The notes under the pieces were generated by a model that was given only the letters and a program-made list of their open reading frames with translations, was not told the DNA's origin and did not search any database. The position numbers and the translations under genes were made by a program. From assembly GCA_963788925.1 (NCBI GenBank), contig CAWBIH010000002.1:218568-282567 (forward strand): 64,000 nt of DNA, given 5' to 3'. Source of the DNA: an uncultured Actinomycetota bacterium. GTDB lineage: Bacteria; Actinomycetota; UBA4738; HRBIN12. Below are positions 47,802-57,436 of this stretch, piece after piece (position 1 is the stretch's first letter; the number at the start of each line of letters is the position of its first letter).

Positions 47802-50078
47802 GTGGATGCTCGAGCGTTCCTCGAGGAGCTGACGGCGGAGGATCCCGACACCGCTGCCTGTCTGGTGGGCGTGCGGGAGCTGCGGGCGCGGGAGCCTCGG
47901 CTGGATCCGTTCCCCGAGGATCTGCCCGAGCTCGTCCGCTCCCGCCTCGGCCTGCTCGGCATCGAGGGGCTCTACCCGCACCAGTCCCGAGGGCTCGAGG
48001 CCCTCCGATCCGGAAGAGACGTGATCCTCGCGACCGGCACCGCGAGCGGCAAGACGCTGGTGTACGACGTCGCGTTCGCCGAAGCCGCCATCACCACCCC
48101 CAAAGCGACGGCCCTCTATCTGTTCCCGACGAAGGCGCTCGCGCGCGACCAACTCCGCGCGGTGCGCGCCCTGAAACTGACGCAGATCCGGGCGTCCGCC
48201 TACGACGGCGACACGCCCAAGGCCGAGCGACCGCTGATCCGGAAGAACGCGAACCTCGTGCTGACGAACCCCGACATGCTCCATCTCTCGATCCTTCCCG
48301 ACCACGCGAGATGGGCCGACTTCTTCTTCCGGCTCTCGATGATCGTGGTCGACGAGGCGCACGTGTGCCGCGGGGTGTTCGGCTCGCACGTCGCGATGGT
48401 GCTTCGACGCCTCCGACGACTGATCGCGCACTACGGCGGGAGCCCGCGTTGGTGTCTCGCGAGCGCGACGGTCGGCAACCCCGGCGAGCTCGCGTCGCGG
48501 CTGACCGGGCTCGACGTCGACGTCGTCGAGGCCCCCGGCGGACCCGCCGGGGACAAGCTCTTCGCCCTGTGGAACCCCCCGATCGTCGACGAGGAGACCG
48601 GACGTCGGCGGAGCGCGCTGGCCGAGGCGTCGTGGCTGATGGGGAAGCTCGTGGCGAAGGACGTTCGGACGATCGGGTTCACGAGGTCGCGGCGGGCCGC
48701 GGAGCTGCTCGCGGAGTTCACACGACGCGAGGTCGGCGACGCGGCCCGCCGCGACCGGATCGTCTCCTACCGCGCCGGATACCTCGCGGAGGACCGCCGG
48801 AAGATCGAGCGCCGGCTCGCGGACGGAGACCTGCTCGCCGTCGCCGCGACCACCGCGCTCGAGCTCGGGATCGACATCGGCTCCCTCGATGCCGCCGTGC
48901 TGACCGGCTATCCCGGCACACGGGCCTCGATGTGGCAACAGGCGGGTCGCGCGGGCCGCAGGACCGACGGATCGCTCGCGATGCTGGTCGCGCAGGACGA
49001 CCCGCTCGACCAGTACCTCGTGCATCACCCCGAGGATCTCTTCGACAAGCCGGCGGAGGACGCGGTGATCGACCCCGAGAACCCCTACGTGTTGGAACCG
49101 CATCTGCGTTGCGCCGCGCGCGAGCTGCCGATCGCGGACGAGGACCAGACGTTCTTCGGTCCCGACGCCGCGGCGGCGCTCGAACGGATGGGTGCTCGGG
49201 GGGAGCTCGCGTGGCGCCGGGACGCGTGGCACGACGCCGGACGCGAGTCGCCCCACCGGCAGGTCGACGTCCGCGCCGGCGCGGGCAGCGTGTACACGAT
49301 CGTGAACCGCGACACGGGAGAGGTGATCGGCACCGCCGACGAGCACCGCGCGTTCGCGACGCTGCACCCGGGCGCCGTCTACCTGCACATGGGAGAACAG
49401 TTCCTCGTGCGCGAGCTGGACCTCGTGAGAGGCGTCGCCGCCGTCGAGTCCGCCGACCCCGACTACTACACGCAGGCGCGCGACGTCACCGACATCGAGG
49501 TCGTCGAGGAGCTCGAGCGTGGGTCGCTCGGCGACGTCGGCGTCTCGTTCGGCTCCGTGCTCGTCACCGATCAGGTCGTCGGCTTCGTGCGCAAGCTGGT
49601 CTCGACCAACGAGATCGTGGACGAGGAGACGCTGGCGCTCCCACCGCAGCACCTGGAGACGCGAGCTCTCTGGCTCACGATCCCCGGCATCGTGATCTCG
49701 AAGGCCGCCGTCACCCCTCGCCAGCTCCCCGGCGCGATCCATGCCGCCGAGCACGCGGCGATCGGACTGATGCCGTTGATCGCCACGTGCGACCGGTGGG
49801 ACCTCGGCGGCGTGTCCACCCCACTGCATCCCGACACGGGCCTCACGACGATCTTCATCCACGATGCGTACCCGGGCGGTGCGGGGATCAGCGAACGCGG
49901 GTTCCGTCATGTCCAACGGCTCCTCGAGGCCACGCTCGAGACGATCCGGCAGTGTCCCTGCTCGCTCGGATGCCCCTCGTGCGTCCAGAGCCCCAAGTGC
50001 GGGAACGGCAACGAGCCACTCGACAAGCCGGCGGCGGCTTCGCTTCTGGCGGCCGTGCTCGGCGTCACGTGGGGCTGA
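47802..50078 (+). CDS. DEAD/DEAH-box helicase with C-terminal DUF1998 zinc-binding domain (MrfA/Rv3649-like)
   Basis: In-frame GTG start at 47802. Walker A (GTASGKT), DEAH (VVDEAH) and helicase C motifs, plus a C-terminal 4-Cys cluster (CPCSLGCPSCVQSPKCGN). Confidence 0.85.
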   Translation: MDARAFLEELTAEDPDTAACLVGVRELRAREPRLDPFPEDLPELVRSRLGLLGIEGLYPHQSRGLEALRSGRDVILATGTASGKTLVYDVAFAEAAITTPKATALYLFPTKALARDQLRAVRALKLTQIRASAYDGDTPKAERPLIRKNANLVLTNPDMLHLSILPDHARWADFFFRLSMIVVDEAHVCRGVFGSHVAMVLRRLRRLIAHYGGSPRWCLASATVGNPGELASRLTGLDVDVVEAPGGPAGDKLFALWNPPIVDEETGRRRSALAEASWLMGKLVAKDVRTIGFTRSRRAAELLAEFTRREVGDAARRDRIVSYRAGYLAEDRRKIERRLADGDLLAVAATTALELGIDIGSLDAAVLTGYPGTRASMWQQAGRAGRRTDGSLAMLVAQDDPLDQYLVHHPEDLFDKPAEDAVIDPENPYVLEPHLRCAARELPIADEDQTFFGPDAAAALERMGARGELAWRRDAWHDAGRESPHRQVDVRAGAGSVYTIVNRDTGEVIGTADEHRAFATLHPGAVYLHMGEQFLVRELDLVRGVAAVESADPDYYTQARDVTDIEVVEELERGSLGDVGVSFGSVLVTDQVVGFVRKLVSTNEIVDEETLALPPQHLETRALWLTIPGIVISKAAVTPRQLPGAIHAAEHAAIGLMPLIATCDRWDLGGVSTPLHPDTGLTTIFIHDAYPGGAGISERGFRHVQRLLEATLETIRQCPCSLGCPSCVQSPKCGNGNEPLDKPAAASLLAAVLGVTWG

Positions 50079-50111
50079 GGCCGCCGGGCTAGGGGCTGGG
50101 ATACTCCGGCG

Positions 50112-50609
50112 GTGAGCGAGGCGCCATACATCTCGGTGATCGGCGCGGGGCAGGCGTCCGAGGACGAGGCGGCCGCCGCCGAGGAGATCGGACGCCTGCT
50201 CGCCGAGGCCGGCGCGCTCCTCATCTGCGGCGGTCTCGGCGGGGTGATGGACGCGGCCGCCCGCGGCTGCCGAGCCGCGGGCGGCACATCGGTGGGCATC
50301 CTCCCGGGCGACGATCGCGCCGACGGCTCACCACACCTCACGGTCCGGATCGCAACCGGCCTCGGCGAGGCCCGGAACGCCATCGTGGCGCGCGCCGCCG
50401 ACGCCGTGATCGCCGTCGGCGGCGAGTTCGGCACGCTGTCGGAGATCGCTCTCGCCCTCAAGATGGGGAAGCCCGTCGTCGGCCTGGGGACCTGGACGCT
50501 CGATCTCGAAGGACTGCCCGGCGACCCCCTGCAGCGGGCGGCGGATCCTCCCGAGGCCGTCGCCAAGGCGCTCGAGGCCGCCGAGCGATCGGTTGGGAGC
50601 GCGTGGTGA
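50112..50609 (+). CDS. TIGR00725/LOG-like (SLOG) Rossmann-fold nucleotide-binding protein
   Basis: 165 aa with LICGGLGGVMDAAARG and AVGGEFGTLSEIALAL motifs typical of the LOG/YgdH-like fold. Confidence 0.65.
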   Translation: MSEAPYISVIGAGQASEDEAAAAEEIGRLLAEAGALLICGGLGGVMDAAARGCRAAGGTSVGILPGDDRADGSPHLTVRIATGLGEARNAIVARAADAVIAVGGEFGTLSEIALALKMGKPVVGLGTWTLDLEGLPGDPLQRAADPPEAVAKALEAAERSVGSAW

Positions 50610-50733
50610 GTGCGGGGTCGCCGTCTTGTCGTCTTTCTGGCCTCATCCAGATGCGCTATTGACCGAAGGGCTCCCGCCGGTACAGGCTCCACCGGCACCT
50701 CCGCACTCCCCCCAGAGAGGAGCTGGATCGCGC

Positions 50734-51276
50734 ATGCCGGGGATCATCGCCATCGGGCTGGCAGCGGTGTGGACCGCGTTCGTCACCGAGACGATCGTCG
50801 AGAGCGCCCGTCTCTACGGTGGTTCGATCCAGTTCGTCGGACGCACGCTTCTTTCCCCGGGGATCCGACCGGGCATCTTCATCCTCTGTGGACTCGCGGT
50901 CTCCGCCGGGCTCGCCTGGGCGGCAGCTGTCGCATACGCGCGCGGCCGCCGGCTCGAGCAGCGGATGGCCGCGGAGCTCGACGCACGCTACGCGGAGATG
51001 ACGGCTCAGGCGGCGGGCGACTTCGCCCGCGCCGGGCTGCTCTCCTGGCGGGTCGCCGAGCTCCGAACGTCGCTGGACGACCTGATCAAGCGCCGGGACG
51101 AGATCCTGGCGGAGATGGAGCTCGAGCGCCGGCGGACGTCGGAGCTCCGTGCCCTCGCCGACGACTACAAGCGATCGCTGGCCGACCTACAGGATCGGTT
51201 GATCATCTTGCCGGACATCGAGGACGAGCTCGGCCGGCGGCGATCGGCGCGGCAGGCGATCGACCCGGCCGGCTAG
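50734..51276 (+). CDS. membrane protein with two TM helices and a C-terminal coiled-coil region, unknown function
   Basis: ATG start at 50734 preceded by GAGAGGAG. A hydrophobic N-terminus is followed by a heptad-like Arg/Glu/Leu-rich tail. Confidence 0.5.
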   Translation: MPGIIAIGLAAVWTAFVTETIVESARLYGGSIQFVGRTLLSPGIRPGIFILCGLAVSAGLAWAAAVAYARGRRLEQRMAAELDARYAEMTAQAAGDFARAGLLSWRVAELRTSLDDLIKRRDEILAEMELERRRTSELRALADDYKRSLADLQDRLIILPDIEDELGRRRSARQAIDPAG

Positions 51277-51586
51277 TCGTGTCGGTGGGCTGGGATAGCG
51301 TCTGACGGTCACGTCTCGTCGCTTTCCTGCGTGGAGCTCCCCCTGTGAGGAGTTCTTCCGTGCCTGCCCATACCGATCCTGAGATAGGACGCGCCTCGGA
51401 ACTCGCGGACGATGAGCCCATATCACTGCCGACATGGGCCAGCGGGACCGACCCTCTGCAGCCCATCCCATCTCATTCTCGATATGAGCCGCCGGACATC
51501 GTCGTCGCCTCGCGCAGACGGGCGCGCTCCGTCGCCGCCTGGTACGCGCAGGTCGGCTGGGCCATTCGATCGGCCTCGGCTACCTG

Positions 51587-51889
51587 GTGCTCACGTTGCG
51601 GGAGCTCTCCGGGCTGTCGCAGTCTCGCCTCGCGGCCCGTGCAGGAACCTCGCAACCGGCGATCGCTCGCCTCGAATCGGGTCGTCACGTCCCGAGCGTC
51701 AACACGTTGCTGAGGATCGCCTCCGCCTGCGGGATGCATCTGATCGTCGGCCTCGCCGACCCGGAGCTCGACGTGGCGGATCTCTGCATGCACGACCTGA
51801 CGCTCCTCGGGATCTTGCGGCCTTCCTCGGACGGCCTTCCGGACTTCTTCGTCATCCGCGAGCCGCCGCCCTGGGTCGGCGAAGGATGA
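51587..51889 (+). CDS. XRE-family helix-turn-helix transcriptional regulator (N-terminus possibly truncated or frame-shifted)
   Basis: Cro/C1-type HTH (LRELSGLSQSRLAARAGTSQPAIARLESGRHVPSVNTLLRIASACG). Starts at a GTG without a clear ribosome-binding site. Confidence 0.5.
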   Translation: MLTLRELSGLSQSRLAARAGTSQPAIARLESGRHVPSVNTLLRIASACGMHLIVGLADPELDVADLCMHDLTLLGILRPSSDGLPDFFVIREPPPWVGEG

Positions 51890-53402
51890 GCCGAGTCACG
51901 GCGGCGCGCTCCGTCGGCGAAAGCCCCACGGCCAGCATCGCCGCGCCGTAGACCCCCGTACCGAGCGCGGCCGACACGAGGAGATCCAGCGCCCACTTGC
52001 CCTCGGGCATGACCGCGTGCACCAACCCCATCGTGAGCGCCCCCAGCAGCGCGGGGACCGCGAGGCGCAACCACTTCCCATCGAACGGCCAGATCCCGAG
52101 GAAGCGCCGGACGAGCAGCAGACGGGCGACCGCCGAGAACGTCAGCGTCGACGCCTGCGCGATCGCGGCGCCTCGGATGCCCAGGCTGTTCGGACCCGCC
52201 AGCGCGAGCGCGACACCGACGTCGATCGCGAACCCGCAGAGGTAGAGGGTGAGGTCCCAACCCGTCCGTCCCGCCATGATGAGGATGAACCCGACCGTGC
52301 CGACCGTGACGTTCACCGCCATCCCGATGATCAAGATCCGGAGCGCATCGGCGCCGCTCGTGAAGTCCGGACCGAAGATCCGAAGCGTCTGTGCCGGCAG
52401 GATCCCGAGCACCAGCAGCACGGGGATCGTCGCCGCCAACGTCCACCGCGTGACGTTCTTGTAGAGGGCGTCCAGTTGTTCTCGCTCACCTCGATGGTGC
52501 AGGTCGGCCACGAACGGACTGAACGTGAGCGACACCGAGGTGATGAAGAGGAACAGCGCCTGCCCGGCTCGGAGGACCGCGCCGTAGATCCCCACCTGCG
52601 CCGCGCCGACCGGTCCCTGTCCGCTCCACAGCACCGAGAGGACGAAGAGGTCCGTCCAGAAGAGGAGCTGGGAGAACAGCGTCGCGGGCGCGCGGAGTGC
52701 GCCGAAGCGCACGAGCGCACCGATGTGCTCCTCGGGGACCCCTTCCCCGACGGCCTCCTGCGCGGGGAACCGTCGCTGCTCCCGTTCCCATCCTCCGAAC
52801 GCGACCGCGAGGGCGAGCGCCCAGGACGCCGCGAACGCGAGCGTGGTCATCGCCGCCGTCTTCGATGCCGCCCAGAACGCGACGGTGAGGACGATCCAGC
52901 CGATCGGCTGCACGATCCATTGCGAGTACAGCGTGTACCGCATGATCTTCAGCCCGCGGGTCGCGCCCATGTACACGAACGCGAGGGCGGCGAACGGCAC
53001 CGTCACCGCCGCGGCCCGGAACGCCGGCTCGCCGAGCGAGGGAACCGCGGTGAATCGCTCGGCGAGCCACGGCGACGCGAAGAACGCCACCACGCTGAAC
53101 GGCAGCGAAACAGCGGCCGCGATCGCGACCGAACGTCGGACCAGGCCGCGCGCGCGAACGACCTCACCTCGCCCGGCGAGGATCGCCACCAGGCGAACAT
53201 CCGCGACGTCCATCCCGAATCGCGTGGCCGCCGCCGCGATGAAGGCCGCCTGGGTGGTCAACGTCACGACGCCGAACGCCTCATCACCCAGCGCGTTGGT
53301 GATCAGGACCTGGGCGGCGAACGTCGCGACCCCGCCGATCGCGAGCCCGAGCACGTTCTGTCCGGTCTGCCCCACGATGACCCGGTGGTCGGAGCTGCTC
53401 AC
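51852..53402 (-). CDS. MOP-superfamily polysaccharide/oligosaccharide flippase (Wzx/MurJ-like)
   Basis: 516 aa with about 14 TM segments and a polysaccharide-biosynthesis-protein-like profile. Confidence 0.65.
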   Translation of the reverse strand: MSSSDHRVIVGQTGQNVLGLAIGGVATFAAQVLITNALGDEAFGVVTLTTQAAFIAAAATRFGMDVADVRLVAILAGRGEVVRARGLVRRSVAIAAAVSLPFSVVAFFASPWLAERFTAVPSLGEPAFRAAAVTVPFAALAFVYMGATRGLKIMRYTLYSQWIVQPIGWIVLTVAFWAASKTAAMTTLAFAASWALALAVAFGGWEREQRRFPAQEAVGEGVPEEHIGALVRFGALRAPATLFSQLLFWTDLFVLSVLWSGQGPVGAAQVGIYGAVLRAGQALFLFITSVSLTFSPFVADLHHRGEREQLDALYKNVTRWTLAATIPVLLVLGILPAQTLRIFGPDFTSGADALRILIIGMAVNVTVGTVGFILIMAGRTGWDLTLYLCGFAIDVGVALALAGPNSLGIRGAAIAQASTLTFSAVARLLLVRRFLGIWPFDGKWLRLAVPALLGALTMGLVHAVMPEGKWALDLLVSAALGTGVYGAAMLAVGLSPTERAAVTRLILRRPRAAARG

Positions 53403-53520
53403 GGTTCCGAAGCTTACGGTGCGAGGTCGGGGCGGCCGGGAGCGGCGGAAGCCCGGTCCGTCAGAAATGGTGGTCGAGTGACGCTACCCTCACGCGGGAA
53501 CGGTCCGAGAGGAGAGAGCC

Positions 53521-53950
53521 ATGACCTTCGATGCACTGGGCGATCTGAACTGGCTGGCCGTCATCGTGGCCGCCCTCGCCTATTTCGCGATCGGCGCGGT
53601 GTGGTACGCGCCGCCGGTGTTCGGCAGGGCGTGGATGGCGGCCGGAGGCATGGCGATGCCGGAGGCCGGCACCCGGCCGAGCCCCGCGATCTACCTGACG
53701 CCTCTGGTCGGAAGCGTGCTGTCCGCGATCGCCCTCGGGATGCTGGCGAAAGCCACCGGCACCGACACGCTGGAGGAGGGCATCGCCCTGGGCCTGGTCG
53801 TCGCGATCGGGTTCGCGGTCGCGATCTCCTTCGTCACCGCGCAGTTCGAATCCGAGAAGCCGAAACCGATGGTCTGGGGTGCGGTGAACGCCGGGTACCA
53901 CGTGGTCGGGCAACCTCGTCGCCGCGATCATCGTCGCGAGCTGGCAGTAG
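53521..53950 (+). CDS. DUF1761-like small membrane protein, with a frame break at 53908-53912 (GGGC run)
   Basis: MTFDALGDLNWLAVIVAALAYFAIGAVWYAPPVFG... The true C-terminus (...YHVVGNLVAAIIVASWQ) is in the +1 frame and ends at TAG 53948-53950. The 540-aa track ORF is an artefact read-through. Confidence 0.55.
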
Positions 53951-53955
53951 AACCG

Positions 53956-54777
53956 CTAAACGGCTCGGCGATAGCGCCGAACGGCGAGCGGCGCGAACAC
54001 GAGCAGGATGCCCGCGATCCACAGCAGCGCCTCCCACACGTCGGAAGCGTGGCCGAACGGGCTCGCGCCGAGCGTGAGGAACCGGATCGCCTTCGCCGTC
54101 ACGGACACCGGCTGGTGGTTCGCCCACGGCTGCAGCCACCCCGGCATCGATTGCACCGGGACGAAGAGCGACGAGGCGAACACGAGCGGCGCGAGCAGGG
54201 GGAACGCGGCGGCCTGCGCCGTCTCCGGGTCACCCACGAGGAGGCCGACGCTCGCGAAGATCCAGCTCATCGCGTACCCGAACGCCAGGAGGAGCAGGAT
54301 CCCCCCGATCAGCCCGAGCGCGTCGGTGTGGACGCGGAAGCCGACCAGGAACCCGACGGCGAGCATCAGCAGGACCACGAACAGGTTCCGGGTGAGATCG
54401 GCGAGCGTCCGACCGGCGAGCACCGCGCTCCGAGCCATCGGCAGCGATCGGAACCGTTCCATCAGCCCGCTCTTCATGTCGGACGCGAGCCCGATCGCCG
54501 TCGCCAGCGCGCCGAACACCACCGTCTGCACGAAGACCCCGGGCATCAGGAAGTCCACGTACGGGAGACCGCGGACCGGCAGGGCGATCGCCCCTCCGAA
54601 GACGTAGCGGAACATCACCACGAAGATCACCGGCTGGATCGTCGAGAAGACCAGCAGCTGTGGCACCCGCCGGTACGCGATCAGGTTCCGCCAGGTGACG
54701 GCGAGCGCGTCGCGGACCGCACGCACCGCGATCGGGCGTTCCCGGACGGCGACCTCGGCCACGGTCGTCTCGCTCAC
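53956..54777 (-). CDS. ABC-2 type transporter permease (DrrB-like)
   Basis: 273 aa with six TM segments. Shares a 4-nt overlap with the ATPase gene. Confidence 0.8.
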   Translation of the reverse strand: MSETTVAEVAVRERPIAVRAVRDALAVTWRNLIAYRRVPQLLVFSTIQPVIFVVMFRYVFGGAIALPVRGLPYVDFLMPGVFVQTVVFGALATAIGLASDMKSGLMERFRSLPMARSAVLAGRTLADLTRNLFVVLLMLAVGFLVGFRVHTDALGLIGGILLLLAFGYAMSWIFASVGLLVGDPETAQAAAFPLLAPLVFASSLFVPVQSMPGWLQPWANHQPVSVTAKAIRFLTLGASPFGHASDVWEALLWIAGILLVFAPLAVRRYRRAV

Positions 54778-55772
54778 GCCGCCGCCCCCCGTCGCCTGCG
54801 CCGGCCGCCCGGCGTCGGCTGGTCCGTCGTCACATCGGCGCTCTCCGCGTGGCGTCCTGTGAGCTTGAGGAACACATCGTCGAGGCTCGGCTCGTGCACG
54901 GTGAGGGTCGCCGGCGAGAGGCCTGCCACGTCCAGTTCCCGGAGCACGCCGATCAGCACCCGAGGACCTTCGTTCGTGTTGAGGCGAACGACGCTCCCCT
55001 CGCGCTCCGCGGGATGCGCCCGCGCGAGGAGCTCGCGGGCACGCTCGGCCCCTGTGTCGTCATCGAACCCCATCTCGGCGACCGTGTTGCCGAGCTGCGC
55101 CTTCAGCACCGACGGCGCGTCGTTCGCGATCACCCGGCCCTGATCGACGACCGCGATGCGTTGCGCGAGCCGGTCCGCCTCCTCCAGGTACTGGGTGGTG
55201 AGCAGGACCGTCGTCCCCTCTTCGACCAGTTCTCGGATCATGTCCCACAACTCGTTCCGGCTGTAGAGATCCAAGCCCGTCGTCGGTTCGTCGAGGAACA
55301 GGACGGGTGGCCGCGGCATCAGGGCGGCGGCGATGTCGAGCCGCCGCCGCATCCCGCCCGAGTACGTCTTGGCAGGGCGGTCCGCCGCATCGGTGAGATC
55401 GAACCGGCCGAGCAGCGCCGCCGCTCGAGGAGAGATGTCCGTCGAGGACATCTGGGTGAGCAAGCCGATCAGCCGGAGATTCTCCCGTCCCGTGAGGTTG
55501 GGATCGACGGCGGCGAATTGGCCCGCGAGACCGATCACGCGCCGGACGCCGTCCGGATCTCGGACGACGTCGCGTCCGAGGACCGAGGCATGCCCGGCGT
55601 CGGGCTCGAGGACGGTGGCGAGGATCCGGATCGCGGTGGTCTTGCCCGCGCCGTTCGGACCGAGGAGACCGAACACCGAGCGCATGGGCACCGAGAAGTC
55701 GATGCCGTCGAGGGCGACGACGTCCCCGAACCGCTTGGTGAGCCCCTCGACCTCGATCGCCGCGTCCGTCAC
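54774..55772 (-). CDS. ABC transporter ATP-binding protein (DrrA-like)
   Basis: Walker A (GPNGAGKTT), signature (YSGGMRRRL) and Walker B (LFLDEPTTGLD). Confidence 0.9.
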   Translation of the reverse strand: MTDAAIEVEGLTKRFGDVVALDGIDFSVPMRSVFGLLGPNGAGKTTAIRILATVLEPDAGHASVLGRDVVRDPDGVRRVIGLAGQFAAVDPNLTGRENLRLIGLLTQMSSTDISPRAAALLGRFDLTDAADRPAKTYSGGMRRRLDIAAALMPRPPVLFLDEPTTGLDLYSRNELWDMIRELVEEGTTVLLTTQYLEEADRLAQRIAVVDQGRVIANDAPSVLKAQLGNTVAEMGFDDDTGAERARELLARAHPAEREGSVVRLNTNEGPRVLIGVLRELDVAGLSPATLTVHEPSLDDVFLKLTGRHAESADVTTDQPTPGGRRRRRGAAA

Positions 55773-55805
55773 GAGCAGTACCCTGTCACAGATAATTGAA
55801 TGGTG

Positions 55806-55834
55806 TCAACCATCCAGTGACTCCGATGGTTGAA
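55806..55834. promoter_or_regulatory. 9-bp perfect inverted repeat TCAACCATC-n11-GATGGTTGA in the divergent marR/ABC promoter region (candidate MarR operator)
   Basis: Read from the sequence. Lies in the relatively AT-rich 102-bp intergenic region between divergent genes. Confidence 0.5.
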
Positions 55835-55874
55835 GCGACTGGACCATCGACCCACATTCGGCTAGGATGGAGAG

Positions 55875-56351
55875 GTGGTCGCGCGAACATCATCTGCGAA
55901 GCAGGATCTGGCCGCTGAGGCGTGGCGGCCGCTCGCGCGCTTCTTCTTCGACACCGTCCGCCACCGACAGAAGGTCATGAGCAGCGAGGGCCTCACCCCC
56001 AACGACGTCCGCGCCCTGATGGCCCTCGCTCCCTCGGAGGGTCGGACGATGAGCGACCTGGCGGAGGCGTGGAGCTGCGACGCGTCCAACGCCACGTTCA
56101 TCGTCGATCGACTCGAGGAGCGCGAGCTCGCCGAGCGGCGGACCGTGGCGACCGATCGTCGCGTCAAGCTGGTGGTGCTGACCGCCCGAGGGGCGGCGAT
56201 CCGCGGCCGCATCCTCCAGCGGTTCTTCGAGCCCCCTCCCGAGCTTCTCGAGCTCAGCCGCGCGGACCTGGAGGCGCTGCGTGAGGCGGCGGGACGGCTC
56301 CCCGTCACGGATGGCTGGGGGACCGAGGCCGCGGCTGAGCGGTCCGGGTGA
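55875..56351 (+). CDS. MarR-family transcriptional regulator
   Basis: 158 aa with a winged-HTH (LTPNDVRALMALAPSEGRTMSDLAEAWSCDASNATFIVDRLEERELAERR). Divergent from the ABC exporter. Confidence 0.8.
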   Translation: MVARTSSAKQDLAAEAWRPLARFFFDTVRHRQKVMSSEGLTPNDVRALMALAPSEGRTMSDLAEAWSCDASNATFIVDRLEERELAERRTVATDRRVKLVVLTARGAAIRGRILQRFFEPPPELLELSRADLEALREAAGRLPVTDGWGTEAAAERSG

Positions 56352-56401
56352 TCCGGCCGGGACGTGCCGACCCCACCGCTCCCGTGCTGAGATAGGGAGC
56401 G

Positions 56402-57436
56402 ATGCGCGCGCTGGTGAAGGACAAGGCAGCACCAGGACTCGTCATGACGGACGTCCCCGAGCCCGAGATCGGGATCAACGATGTCCTGATCCGTGTGGAT
56501 CGCACGGGGATCTGCGGGACCGACCTCCACATCGAGGAGTGGAACGAGTGGGCGCAGCAGGCGGTCCCGGTCCCCCTGGTGATCGGCCACGAGTTCGTCG
56601 GCGAGATCGTGGACGTCGGGTCGAACGTCAGCGACTTCCGACCCGGCGACCTGGTGAGCGGTGAGGGACACGTCGTGTGCGGCCGATGCCGGAACTGTAT
56701 GGCCGGCCGGCGGCACCTCTGCAACGACGCCACCGGGATCGGCGTGAACCGGCCGGGGGCGTTCGCCGAGTTCATCGCGCTGCCGATGACGAACGTCTGG
56801 CATCACGAGCCGTCGATCGACCGGGACGTCGGGGCGATCTTCGACCCGTTCGGCAACGCGGTGCACTCCGCGTTGCAGTTCCCGGTCCTGGGTGAGGACG
56901 TGCTGATCACCGGCGCCGGTCCGATCGGGCTGATGGCGACGGCGGTCGTCCGGCATGCGGGAGCCCGCCACGTCGTGATCACCGACGTCAATCCGTACCG
57001 CCTCGAGCTGGCGCGGAAGATGGGCGCCACGGTCGCGCTCGACGTGCGGGAGGGCTCGCTCGCGGACACGCAGGTGGCGCTCGGCATGAAGGAGGGCTTC
57101 GACGTCGGCCTCGAGATGAGCGGCAACCCGTCGGCCCTCCGCGACATGGTGGAGAACCTGTCGCACGGCGCCAGCGTTGCGATGCTCGGACTTCCGGACG
57201 AGCCGTTCGCGATCGACTGGAACACCGTGATCTTCGACCAGCTCACGATCCGCGGCGTCTACGGGCGGGAGATGTACGAGACGTGGTACCAGATGACCGT
57301 GATGCTGCAGAGCGGCCTCGACATCTCGCCGGTCATAACCCATCGCTTCCCGGCGGAGCGGTTCGAGGAGGCGTTCGCCGCGATCCGCAGCGGCGAGACG
57401 GGCAAGGTGCTCCTGTATTGGAAGGACGCTCCGTGA
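56402..57436 (+). CDS. tdh: L-threonine 3-dehydrogenase (zinc-dependent MDR family)
   Basis: 344 aa with Zn ligands ([24 protein letters not shown]) and the Rossmann motif GAGPIGL. Followed by kbl. Confidence 0.85.
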   Translation: MRALVKDKAAPGLVMTDVPEPEIGINDVLIRVDRTGICGTDLHIEEWNEWAQQAVPVPLVIGHEFVGEIVDVGSNVSDFRPGDLVSGEGHVVCGRCRNCMAGRRHLCNDATGIGVNRPGAFAEFIALPMTNVWHHEPSIDRDVGAIFDPFGNAVHSALQFPVLGEDVLITGAGPIGLMATAVVRHAGARHVVITDVNPYRLELARKMGATVALDVREGSLADTQVALGMKEGFDVGLEMSGNPSALRDMVENLSHGASVAMLGLPDEPFAIDWNTVIFDQLTIRGVYGREMYETWYQMTVMLQSGLDISPVITHRFPAERFEEAFAAIRSGETGKVLLYWKDAP

